A DNA stretch of 64,000 nucleotides from Candidatus Heimdallarchaeota archaeon. GTDB taxonomy: Archaea > Asgardarchaeota > Heimdallarchaeia > Hodarchaeales > Hodarchaeaceae. The stretch lies in contig DXJL01000113.1 in assembly GCA_019057635.1 (NCBI GenBank), positions 6,737-70,736 on the forward strand, read 5' to 3'. Shown piece after piece: positions 9,427 to 17,971 of the stretch (positions are counted from its first letter, which is position 1; every line of letters begins with the position of its first letter). The notes under the pieces were generated by a model that was not told the DNA's origin, made no database searches, and saw only the letters and a program-made list of their open reading frames with translations. The position numbers were made by a program, and so were the translations under genes.

Positions 9427-10320
9427 TTATGACGATTTTTCGGCTTTTATTTTTGCGAGTTTTGATGAATATTTATCGGCTATTTCTTTATATCGTTTTT
9501 CAGAGATTTTACCTCCTAAAAACATCTCATCAGCCTGTTCGAGCATTAATTCGAATTTTTTAATTTTTTCTGAAACCTCATCAAATTTATTTCGCTCTTC
9601 TGCGAGTTCCTGTTGAGTTTCAATAATTTGCTTTTCAATCTCATACGTAAGTAAGGTTTCGTACTCTTCAGGCACTTTAAATCCACCAATATCTAATCCT
9701 ACTAGTTCTAGGCCCCATCGAGAGCTTTCAGGACCTAATTCAGATCTTGTTTGAATTTCTAAGCTTCTTCTGTCTTTTAATAACTCAGGTACAGTGTAAC
9801 GAGTCATAACATGTTTAACAGCTGCTATCACCGTCTGTTTCACCCAATTTTTAAGCTCATTTCCACTATAATACTGTTTATGGGAGACTACGTTCATGAT
9901 AAAATTCCTTGGATTCACAATCCGCATCCGAGAAATTCCCCAACATCCCACCATAACATTGTCTGAGGTGTAAATACCAGGCGTTCCCCATTTAATGATA
10001 AATTCACGTTTTGTAACCCATATAATTTCACTTCCAGGATGCTTCGCTGTTTTTTCCAATTGATAAATTCCACTCCCAGCAACTCCAACTAGCACCCCTG
10101 ACTGTAACAACACGGCATTTTCTGGTTCTTTTACAATAAAGCCGTCAATTTTTCTAAAGTTATCATTTTCTTCTGCTTTCACTCTATGAATTAACGATTC
10201 ACCAAGTGAATCATCAAATTTTGAGCTTAGAATCGCTTTTCCCTTGAATTTCTTGGTACCTATGTGAATTGTATCCCCTATTTTACGGAATAGTCCACCA
10301 AATTTGTCTGTTTCCGCCAT
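9427..10320 (-). CDS. SPFH/band-7 (stomatin/prohibitin-like) domain protein with a C-terminal coiled coil
   Basis: TSDNVMVGCWGISRMRIVNPRNF and NELKNWVKQTVIAAVKHVMTRYTVPELLKDRRSLEI follow the band-7 core pattern. The C-terminus is Lys/Glu-rich and helical. Confidence 0.5.
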   Translation of the reverse strand: MAETDKFGGLFRKIGDTIHIGTKKFKGKAILSSKFDDSLGESLIHRVKAEENDNFRKIDGFIVKEPENAVLLQSGVLVGVAGSGIYQLEKTAKHPGSEIIWVTKREFIIKWGTPGIYTSDNVMVGCWGISRMRIVNPRNFIMNVVSHKQYYSGNELKNWVKQTVIAAVKHVMTRYTVPELLKDRRSLEIQTRSELGPESSRWGLELVGLDIGGFKVPEEYETLLTYEIEKQIIETQQELAEERNKFDEVSEKIKKFELMLEQADEMFLGGKISEKRYKEIADKYSSKLAKIKAEKSS

Positions 10321-10329
10321 CGCTTCTAC

Positions 10330-11331
10330 CTACCAATCTTCATCTCCATATAACCCTGGAAAGTAATACTGATCTCCTGAATCAAGTGATGACACTTTTC
10401 GAGCAACTTTTTGATTGACAAGACTATCTAAGACCCTCATTACTCGTTGTTGATCCCATTTAGTATGAATCATAACTTCCTCAAATGTTACATAGCCTTT
10501 ATCTATTGCTAGATTAAATATGTTCCGGGCATCTTTTCCAAGAGCTACTGGTGTAAACTCGACAATTTTTATGCCAGATTGTTTGGAAACTCCTTCAATT
10601 AACGATTGTTTAGTTAGTTGTTTACAGGCCTTTTCTAAATCTTTCAATGAAAACTTGATATCTGGAACTTGATTTTTCAGAGAAGTATACAAGTTTGCCA
10701 TTGAAATATAACCACCTGAACTTGCTCTAAGAGTTTTTCCTTGTTCAAGGATTAAATCAGCAAGATTGTCAACAAATTTCCCTTTCCCAAATATTTTTGG
10801 CTTTTTTGTTGCATCTAACGCGGTTATTGTTAGTGTACGCCCTTCTTTTCGGAGTAACTCTCTCTCTAATTGCTGAATGCGGGAATCATATTTCTTCTGT
10901 AAATTCTTAATTCCCTCGGTTGATACTGGAGCTCCGTTAGCCAACTTATTTTGAACTTGAACTACCTCTTCTAATCGCGTTATCTGTTCACGAAGATCTA
11001 ACAACTCACTGCGGAGATCTAATTCTTTATTCCCAAATTCAAGATCATCAATTAATAGTTTAGACCGTTCTGTTATTTGGTCACAAAGAATAGTTGCCAG
11101 TAGCTGCGCAACACGGATTTCCCCACTTTCCTTTAAATTGGCCATTTTATTATCAGAGTAGAGTATTATATCAGGCACAGTTTCGCTTAAATACCTAATC
11201 TCTTCAAATTGTGTATAAAATTTAATTACTAGATCTGATATGTGTTTAGCTTTCATTGCAGCAGTATTACTTAATTGATTTAGCGCATTACTTGCAGTTT
11301 GAAATTTTTCTCTCAAAATAAGGGTCACCAC
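10330..11331 (-). CDS. ESCRT-II subunit Vps22/EAP30 homologue (tandem winged helix with an N-terminal coiled coil)
   Basis: SGGYISMANLYTSLKNQ...SLKDLEKACKQL...IKIVEF...GYVTFEEV...WDQQRVMRVLDSLV...YYFPGLY aligns with the EAP30/Vps22 pattern GG-I-L-EL...DL-RA-KKL...GYVT...W...RA-VL-L...YW-P-LF. Confidence 0.75.
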   Translation of the reverse strand: MVTLILREKFQTASNALNQLSNTAAMKAKHISDLVIKFYTQFEEIRYLSETVPDIILYSDNKMANLKESGEIRVAQLLATILCDQITERSKLLIDDLEFGNKELDLRSELLDLREQITRLEEVVQVQNKLANGAPVSTEGIKNLQKKYDSRIQQLERELLRKEGRTLTITALDATKKPKIFGKGKFVDNLADLILEQGKTLRASSGGYISMANLYTSLKNQVPDIKFSLKDLEKACKQLTKQSLIEGVSKQSGIKIVEFTPVALGKDARNIFNLAIDKGYVTFEEVMIHTKWDQQRVMRVLDSLVNQKVARKVSSLDSGDQYYFPGLYGDEDW

Positions 11332-11655
11332 ACTTATTCTTTTCTCAAATAAGAGATTAAATATTAATACATTTGATTTCGATTACTTAAAAGTGTCAAA
11401 ATCCGTTATTCACATTTGTAACGATTTTAATCCTTTTAAAGGTTTATGTTTAGGTGTGTTTAGAAAGATCTAATCGTAATTTAGAGATTACGAAATTTTC
11501 ATACTTAATCTCTGAGCCTGCAAAGTATAGAGAAGGTTATGTGCAGCAAATGAACATTGACATTGCAAAGCTAATCTGTGATTCTGTCCCTCTATCCTAA
11601 CATGTTTTCAATAGAATTTCACCTTGATAAAAAAAAGCAAGTTAAAAAAAACCAA

Positions 11656-12150
11656 TTATTCACTTTTCTTTACTTTCTGAGCCATTAAATATGCCCCTTC
11701 CATATCACGGTAATAATGACGCAATTCTTTAACAATTTTATAATCTAGAGACTCATACAATTTTACGGCAGCAGTGTTTGACATCCTTACTTCGAGAAAA
11801 AGCTCGTCTGCTCCATATTCTCTCATTGCTTCAGATGAAGCATTAATTAGCTTTGTAGCAACTTTGCTTCGTCTATATTCGGGTAGAACAGCAATACTTA
11901 CCGTGTGACCCTTTTTAGCCCGGTGAAAAATTGAAAAGAGACTCAGACCACTTTCAATTCGACCCATGGTGTATCCGACAATGATTCCATTTACTTCAGC
12001 CAGAGCAAATCCTTTGGGGCATTCTGAAAAAATAGTGCGGAAAAAACTTTCAGGGTAATTTTCAGGTAAACATTGACGATTTATATCTATAACTTTGTCT
12101 AGATCTCTTAGTTCGAAATAACGAATGATTATTGATGTCTGTTCGGTCAT
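11656..12150 (-). CDS. GNAT N-acetyltransferase (RimI/NatA-like)
   Basis: Motif A is present: IAVLPEYRRSKVATKLI, within the Q/RxxGxG/A region. The 164-aa size is typical. Confidence 0.8.
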   Translation of the reverse strand: MTEQTSIIIRYFELRDLDKVIDINRQCLPENYPESFFRTIFSECPKGFALAEVNGIIVGYTMGRIESGLSLFSIFHRAKKGHTVSIAVLPEYRRSKVATKLINASSEAMREYGADELFLEVRMSNTAAVKLYESLDYKIVKELRHYYRDMEGAYLMAQKVKKSE

Positions 12151-12323
12151 AAAACACCCCTATCTTTAGCTTCCTGTTTCATGCGGCGACGATATTCCGC
12201 ATATTTGTCGTGAGGTGAAAATTTTGGTGGATAAGTTGTTTTAAACCTGTGATTACATAAATTACATACTTCAAGAGACTGGTCTACTGTATATCTGCAT
12301 TCGCATTTTCTTAGTAAACGCAT
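12147..12323 (-). CDS. nop10: H/ACA ribonucleoprotein component Nop10 (58 aa; below the ORF-track cutoff)
   Basis: The translation MRLLRKCECRYTVDQSLEVCNLCNHRFKTTYPPKFSPHDKYAEYRRRMKQEAKDRGVL has a zinc ribbon plus PP-FSP-D-Y-EYRRR, which is the Nop10 signature. It sits downstream of aIF2-alpha, as in the conserved archaeal L44e-S27e-aIF2a-Nop10 cluster. Confidence 0.6.
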   Translation of the reverse strand: MRLLRKCECRYTVDQSLEVCNLCNHRFKTTYPPKFSPHDKYAEYRRRMKQEAKDRGVL

Positions 12324-12352
12324 TTGGATCCCAGAACAGTGTTACAGACGAT

Positions 12353-13138
12353 TTATTTTCTTTCAAATGAAATTTCTACTTCATTTGCCTTAAGGCTAGC
12401 TTGAACTTCCTTTTGAACATTTTTCCAAACAGTTTCAGCAGTTTTCCAATCCGCACTCTCGATAGTGCATCTATAATCAGGAGGAGAAATTACTTGCAGA
12501 TACAAATCTGAACCTTTATGTTTCTTCTTGAATGATTGCGTGTATTTTTTGAAGAAATTAGAAAGGACAACGGCTCCATCTGAATCATAGCAAGTAACTG
12601 ATATCTTTCCGAGTAATCGAACTGTAGGGGGTTGTAATTCCTTAACAGCTAGATCATAGAGGACAATTGCAACCTTTTCAGGAATATCGATCTTGGTCAA
12701 TATTTTCACAGATTTCTCACGTAGTAGGAGTAAAGCTTCGTAAATTGAGCCATAATTAACCATCAAGATCTTTTCAACACTTTCTGTTTCCGTTTCTGTC
12801 TTCTCACACGCAACGGCTACAATACCTCTCGCACGACTTTCCTGTTTGAGCTCCGTTAGCTTCGTACGTCGTTGAGGCTCAGACACTCTCCGAATAGACA
12901 TATCTATTTCTCCCCGTGCAGAGTCTATCCTCAGTATCTTAGCTACAACTCTCTGTCCTTCACGAACCTGACTTCGGATATTCCTAACCCAAGTACGGCT
13001 AAGCTCTGAAATGTGTACAAATCCTGCTTCAGCTCCAAGGCCCTCATAATCAAAGATCTCAAAATATGCTCCATGAGGAGTAACCTTTGAGCATGATCCA
13101 ACTACCAATTCTCCAACAGTAGGAAATTTAGATTCCAT
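12353..13138 (-). CDS. eif2a: Translation initiation factor 2 alpha subunit (aIF2-alpha)
   Basis: The N-terminal S1 domain reads GELVVGSCSKVTPHGAYFEIFDYEGLGAEAGFVHISELSRTWVRNI. The length of about 260 aa fits. Confidence 0.85.
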   Translation of the reverse strand: MESKFPTVGELVVGSCSKVTPHGAYFEIFDYEGLGAEAGFVHISELSRTWVRNIRSQVREGQRVVAKILRIDSARGEIDMSIRRVSEPQRRTKLTELKQESRARGIVAVACEKTETETESVEKILMVNYGSIYEALLLLREKSVKILTKIDIPEKVAIVLYDLAVKELQPPTVRLLGKISVTCYDSDGAVVLSNFFKKYTQSFKKKHKGSDLYLQVISPPDYRCTIESADWKTAETVWKNVQKEVQASLKANEVEISFERK

Positions 13139-13151
13139 ATATTATCTCCTA

Positions 13152-13346
13152 TTATTTGTTATCTAAGATTTCAATAACTTCTCCGAACAATCGAGTGATT
13201 CCAGAACGAGGTTCAGCAAGAACTTTTCCACAAACACGACAATTAATGTGTGTTGTGGCATGAGAAAAGATTTCCTGAACATTACCACATTCACAGGAGA
13301 TTTTAAGGAAATTAGATCGAGGTTGAGGAATATATTTTTTCTTCAT
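13152..13346 (-). CDS. rps27e: Ribosomal protein S27e
   Basis: The 64-aa protein has the C4 zinc finger CECGNVQEIFSHATTHINCRVCG, matching the S27e pattern PRSRFL-V-C-C. Confidence 0.8.
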   Translation of the reverse strand: MKKKYIPQPRSNFLKISCECGNVQEIFSHATTHINCRVCGKVLAEPRSGITRLFGEVIEILDNK

Positions 13347-13969
13347 TATAATTCACCAAATTTTTTCCCATCAGGAGTTTCTATTAAACGAGCAACTCCA
13401 CGTGCTACCAAAGCAGTTGCATTTTCTAAGGGAAGTTGTACGATGTCATTCTTTTCTAGTGGTCCGTAAGATACATCATCCAAACCTATGAACGCTTCAA
13501 CATTATAGAGCATTCTTACAATTGAATATTCTAACATAGTAGTTTTTTTTTCACTAATCTCCTGAAAGGGGTCTAGGACTACGGTAGAATTTTCAAATTG
13601 GTCTATTTCGGGTGAAACTCTTGGAGTATCTAAAATGTTTGGTTTCTCAACGCCAATCGTTTCAATCGAGAGTCGCAGATTATTCGCTATTTTACGCTCT
13701 CCCCAAGTTAAGCCGTTTTCATCAAAAAGAGTATGATTAATAACCAGATTTACTATCTTGATCAGTCTTAAGTGCACTAAATCTTTCCTGAGAAATATAA
13801 TCCGATCTAAAACGGCATTAGCCAGAGTTATGTTCGCTAATTGTTGAGCATCTTCTGATAATTTTGCCAGTAAACTATCGAGGGAAATATACAAATCCTT
13901 GGGAATGTTACAAAGCGAAGAATTCAACTTCTCATTTTTCCATAACAGAATTAAGTCATTGTAGTCCAA
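13346..13969 (-). CDS. GINS complex subunit, Gins51 (Gins15)-like
   Basis: The alpha-helical A-domain-like N-terminal half (LRLIKIVNLVINH...LTWGERKI) and a small C-terminal domain resemble archaeal Gins51. The position upstream of the S27e-aIF2a-Nop10 cluster is consistent. Confidence 0.4.
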   Translation of the reverse strand: MDYNDLILLWKNEKLNSSLCNIPKDLYISLDSLLAKLSEDAQQLANITLANAVLDRIIFLRKDLVHLRLIKIVNLVINHTLFDENGLTWGERKIANNLRLSIETIGVEKPNILDTPRVSPEIDQFENSTVVLDPFQEISEKKTTMLEYSIVRMLYNVEAFIGLDDVSYGPLEKNDIVQLPLENATALVARGVARLIETPDGKKFGEL

Positions 13970-14254
13970 AAAATCTCCTCTAAGGAATGCCTACCTTTTC
14001 ACGAATGAGTCATGCTTCATAATCCCTTATAAGTAAAAATTATAAAAAGGTAAAAAATCTAGTGTGTGAAATATCTATTTGGTAAATCTCCGATTGACTC
14101 AATAATGCGATTCAAGAGAAAGGAAATTAAATTTTACATATTTCCAGTTTTAGTGCATTTTGGCACAAAAATAGGGAAATATCAATCAAAAGATGAAGCC
14201 ACTGGTGGGAATTTCAAATAATATTCCGAGAAATACTATTTTTTGAACCCACGA

Positions 14255-14322
14255 CATCCTCCTGTTTGTTTCTCATCAGAACAAACCGGGAGTAATACCA
14301 AGGAGGCGCTATAACCGTGCTT
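14255..14322. other. Candidate structured RNA element or hairpin in the 760-bp ORF-free divergent intergenic region
   Basis: CCUCCUG-GUUUGUU-loop-AACAAAC-CGGGAG...CCAAGGAGG can form nested stems. It is a local GC rise in an AT-rich spacer. The strand is undetermined. Confidence 0.2.
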
Positions 14323-14729
14323 TGCCGAGATGATCTAAAGAAAATCTCATAAGCCACAGTGGCAATTTAGTCTTCTGATTACTCTGGATTTAATTTATCC
14401 AGAATTCTATTAAAACTCCCCTGATGAGTATTTTAGAATGTTTTTACATATGTCGTAAGAAACCCAAATGACATTAACTCACTCAAACAATAGAAATTTC
14501 TTTCAATATACTGAACGAAAAGAAAAAACACCTGCTACAATGAAATCGGTTTGGATCAGACTGCGATATTGGAAAATCATTTTGAAATATTCAATTTTCA
14601 GTTGAACATTGGGTGTAAGAACAAAAAGGAAGATTTAAGAGACTGAAATCGCGGTTTCAAGATAGAACAGAGTTCTTGATATAAAGAATGTGTTTTTCTA
14701 GTATGAACTGAATAGCTGGTACACTGACA

Positions 14730-15557
14730 ATGCTGGAATCATCACTGACCCTAATTCTCTTCTCAATCGCATTCTTTCTATTATTTCTGGGAGCCTATCA
14801 AGATTGGAAAACACGAGAAATAGTGGATTGGATTTGGATAGCTATGATTGGTAGTGGATGCATATTACATATTCTACAAATTATTTTATTACTAATGAAC
14901 AACTTAGATATCCAATCTTATCTTTTTACGTGGTTAAGTAACATTTCTATTGCTTTAATTTTAGCTGCCTTTCTTACTTTTTCTGGATTAGGAGGAGAGG
15001 CTGATAGAATTGCTTTTATTGCTATTTCGTTCGTTTCACCTGTTCAGCAACCACTATTCTCCATCACAGATCCAAAATATGATGTCATCTTTTCCATCAC
15101 TCCTAAAATTTTAGGAACATTCTTCAACGCATATTTACTAGCCATATCAGTTCCAATCGCCCTCTTATGCTACAATTTAATACGAAGAAACACAATTAGA
15201 GAATTTTATATAATTTCAAACCAATCTTTCATTGTTAAGATAGTATTATTTTTCATAGGTTACCCTCGAAGTACTCAGCGTATTTCGGAGGTGATAGAAA
15301 AAAAACCGTGGCATTTTGATTTCTTAGAGACTTATGATGACGTATCTGGGTGGAAGTATATTTTCCAAATGCGCCTTGAAACTCCAGAAGCTGATCTTTC
15401 CAGAAAAAAGGAGATTGCCAAAAAAACTCAGATTCATAACAAAGAGTCAATATGGGTTCAACCCTCCTTACCCTTCATTGTATTCTTACTATTAGGCTTC
15501 TTATTAGAGACACTACTAGGTAATGTCATTTTTGTCCTTACAGCATATTTTGCATAA
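14730..15557 (+). CDS. Polytopic membrane protein; archaeal type IV prepilin/preflagellin peptidase (A24, FlaK/PibD-like) candidate
   Basis: At least six hydrophobic helices are present. The first cytoplasmic-loop Asp context AYQDWKTREIVDWIW and a second acidic motif GLGGEADRIAF resemble the two catalytic Asp motifs of A24 peptidases. Confidence 0.45.
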   Translation: MLESSLTLILFSIAFFLLFLGAYQDWKTREIVDWIWIAMIGSGCILHILQIILLLMNNLDIQSYLFTWLSNISIALILAAFLTFSGLGGEADRIAFIAISFVSPVQQPLFSITDPKYDVIFSITPKILGTFFNAYLLAISVPIALLCYNLIRRNTIREFYIISNQSFIVKIVLFFIGYPRSTQRISEVIEKKPWHFDFLETYDDVSGWKYIFQMRLETPEADLSRKKEIAKKTQIHNKESIWVQPSLPFIVFLLLGFLLETLLGNVIFVLTAYFA

Positions 15558-15777
15558 ATAGTAAATGTATCTCTATGTAAATTTCAACGTATAACAATAG
15601 GTATCTTCTTTTTTTCTGTTTCAACCACTATAAACGAAATTGAAGAATTTTGGCTGTTGTTGCTTTCAATATTAACACATAAGTTTTCTTATCTTTCAAA
15701 GATTAATAAGCTAAATTTATTAAGAATTAATCTAGCATTGGTATACGGAGATAAAATTTATTTATTTTTCTCTGAAC

Positions 15778-16302
15778 TTGGAAAAAGACAACCAGGAGAT
15801 TGCTAGCTTGATAGATCCACGAAGGTTTGACAGTGTACTCAGTAAAATCATAAAAAGTGAACCCGGTATCCGAAAAATTATTCTAGTCGACCGGACTGGT
15901 CTTACGATCGCTCATGTTTCCAAGTTTAGTTATGTATCTGTTGATGTTGATGGCATTGGAGCAATTGCTTCAGCTGTATTTATGGCATCAGCAGAACAAG
16001 GATCTAATCTGACAATTGGCGGATTGGATATTGTCACTTCAGAATTCGATACTGGTAAAATATTCGCAAGCGCTTGTGGCCGAGGAATTTTGACAATAAT
16101 CTCAGATGCTGAGGTTAATATCGGAATGATCCGCTTACTCATGAGAAAGGCTAATGAGGAACTTAGCTCAATCCTTGATGAGTTTTTAGCTGGACAACCA
16201 TCTCGAGCCTTCTCAGGAATTGCCTCTGAAGCACCTGAAGTTCGTACTGGGCTCGAAAAAGATGAACTTGAAGCCGCGCTACGAGAGCTTGAAAAATTCT
16301 AA
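15778..16302 (+). CDS. Roadblock/LC7 (MglB-like) domain protein
   Basis: IRKIILVDRTGLTIAHV...DGIGAIASAVFMASAEQGSNLTIGGLDIV follows the Robl/LC7 alpha-beta-alpha pattern. Confidence 0.7.
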   Translation: MEKDNQEIASLIDPRRFDSVLSKIIKSEPGIRKIILVDRTGLTIAHVSKFSYVSVDVDGIGAIASAVFMASAEQGSNLTIGGLDIVTSEFDTGKIFASACGRGILTIISDAEVNIGMIRLLMRKANEELSSILDEFLAGQPSRAFSGIASEAPEVRTGLEKDELEAALRELEKF

Positions 16303-16344
16303 TCTAGTTTCTTATCCTCCTAGTCAGTGAAGGAGCCAAATTGA

Positions 16345-16926
16345 TTGCGAAAAGACGCAGAAGGTCGTCATAGATTTAAAATAGTATTTTATGGTCCCTC
16401 TCTCTGTGGAAAAACAACAACTCTTGGTTGGCTTTATCATAAGGTTGATGGTTTAGAAAAGGGGAAATTTACTCAACTAGCTGATCCACATGGACGCACG
16501 CTTTTTTTTGATTTTGCACCCATGCAAGCTACTACAGGAGTGGTTTTTGACGTTTACACTACAGCAGGACAGGAAAGACATAAACACCAGCGTAAAATAG
16601 TTATTCAGGGGGTAGATGGCATCTTATTTGTTGTTGATTCTTCATCAGATCAGCTTCAAGAAAATATTGCTTCTTTCGAGGAGCTTACAACTCATTTGGG
16701 GGAAGATTTAGGCACCACAATTCCTTTAGTTATTGCTTTGAACAAACGAGATGCTGAGGATGCACTACCAAGATCAGAGCTAATTGAAAAATTAAAATTA
16801 TCCAATTATCCAATTTATGAAACTGTGGCTACTACGGGTATTGGGATAAAGCGTGCTTTCCAATCATTAGCCCGTGAAATATTAATGATACAATTATACG
16901 GAACTAAGACATCTCAGAATAATTAG
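16345..16926 (+). CDS. Ras-superfamily small GTPase (MglA/Rag-like)
   Basis: G1 GPSLCGKTT, G3-like VYTTAGQER (T in place of D, as in MglA) and G4 NKRD are present. Roadblock genes flank it. Confidence 0.75.
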   Translation: MRKDAEGRHRFKIVFYGPSLCGKTTTLGWLYHKVDGLEKGKFTQLADPHGRTLFFDFAPMQATTGVVFDVYTTAGQERHKHQRKIVIQGVDGILFVVDSSSDQLQENIASFEELTTHLGEDLGTTIPLVIALNKRDAEDALPRSELIEKLKLSNYPIYETVATTGIGIKRAFQSLAREILMIQLYGTKTSQNN

Positions 16927-17198
16927 CTTTTTTTCTGAATAATTACAGTCCATCCTCTAGTTTCTATTACCTCAGAGTTATTGTTTAATATAGCTCTCAA
17001 GGCTGAAACTGCTTCTTGACGTGAATTGAAAGGAGAATTTTTTAGAAACTTTATTTTAATGGTTTTATCCTTTTTTAATCGGTTATTAAGTTCATTAAAA
17101 AAGGAATCAGATAAACCATTTTTTCCTACTTGTAAACTTGGCGACTCTGCTCTGATATTCCGTACGTTTGGTTGATGTAACTTGGACATGTATTTCAA
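16923..17198 (-). CDS. YhbY/CRM-domain RNA-binding protein
   Basis: LQVGKNGLSDSFFNELNNRLKKDKTIKIKFLKNSPFNSRQEA matches the YhbY/CRS1 fold signature (IGK-G-...ELIKVK-L). Confidence 0.65.
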   Translation of the reverse strand: MKYMSKLHQPNVRNIRAESPSLQVGKNGLSDSFFNELNNRLKKDKTIKIKFLKNSPFNSRQEAVSALRAILNNNSEVIETRGWTVIIQKKS

Positions 17199-17442
17199 AA
17201 CCTCTTACTTTGGAGCGTTTTGTTAAGTTAATCTTATAGTTTTGCTATCTAAACCTATAGTTCGATCTAATTTGTTATGATACAATAGAAGGAATTTCTC
17301 CTCGTAATATCTACATATTAGGATCTTATATTACTTTGAGTAGAAAGAATGATGTAAGTAGGTTTATTCTCCTTGTACACCTTCTCATTCGGAAAAATCT
17401 CGGAATTAGAAATATATTTATAGGAGATAAGCTTAAATTCAC

Positions 17443-17895
17443 ATGTCTAAGCAAAGATATGTGCGGAAATTTGTTTACAAGGGTGTAAGAATGTACATTC
17501 CCGATACTGATGCAGATCTACAAATGCATAAAGAAATAGTCGAAGTCTTGGAAGCATTTGTTAGTAAATTGCCAGCTATAGACTTTGCTAGCGTTGTTAG
17601 TCTTGAAGGACTTCCCATTTCCTCTTGGCCTCCTAAACTTCCAGGTGATTTGGATGATGTGCGAATAGCCGCAATGACTGCGGCAATTCTTAGTTTAGGC
17701 GAGAGAGCTGTCATGGAAACGGGGAAAGGAGAAATGACACGGATTCTTGTCGAAGGAAACGATGGTTACCTTATTTCAGTTCAATCTGGTAGTAAAGCAG
17801 TATTAACTGCTTCAGCAAACAGATCGGTGAAATTGGGCTTAATTTTTCTTGATATGAAACAGGCTGCAAAGAAAGTCGGTGAAATACTGGGTTAG
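17443..17895 (+). CDS. Roadblock/LC7 domain protein, second copy
   Basis: The pattern FASVVSLEGLPISS...AAMTAAILSLGERA...ILVEGNDGYLIS is Robl/LC7-like. Confidence 0.6.
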   Translation: MSKQRYVRKFVYKGVRMYIPDTDADLQMHKEIVEVLEAFVSKLPAIDFASVVSLEGLPISSWPPKLPGDLDDVRIAAMTAAILSLGERAVMETGKGEMTRILVEGNDGYLISVQSGSKAVLTASANRSVKLGLIFLDMKQAAKKVGEILG

Positions 17896-17971
17896 TTCCA
17901 ATCGAAACTCCAGAATTTTACTCATTTCATTCTGTAAGATAGGAAGAAGAACAATATTTGTTGTCTGTTAC

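Noticed and set aside
14330-14480. C/D box sRNA candidates (AGAUGAUC...CUGA and CUGAUGAG)
   Set aside because: The C box is non-canonical, with a wrong first base or a missing terminal GA. There is no properly spaced D box and no terminal stem. The evidence is insufficient.
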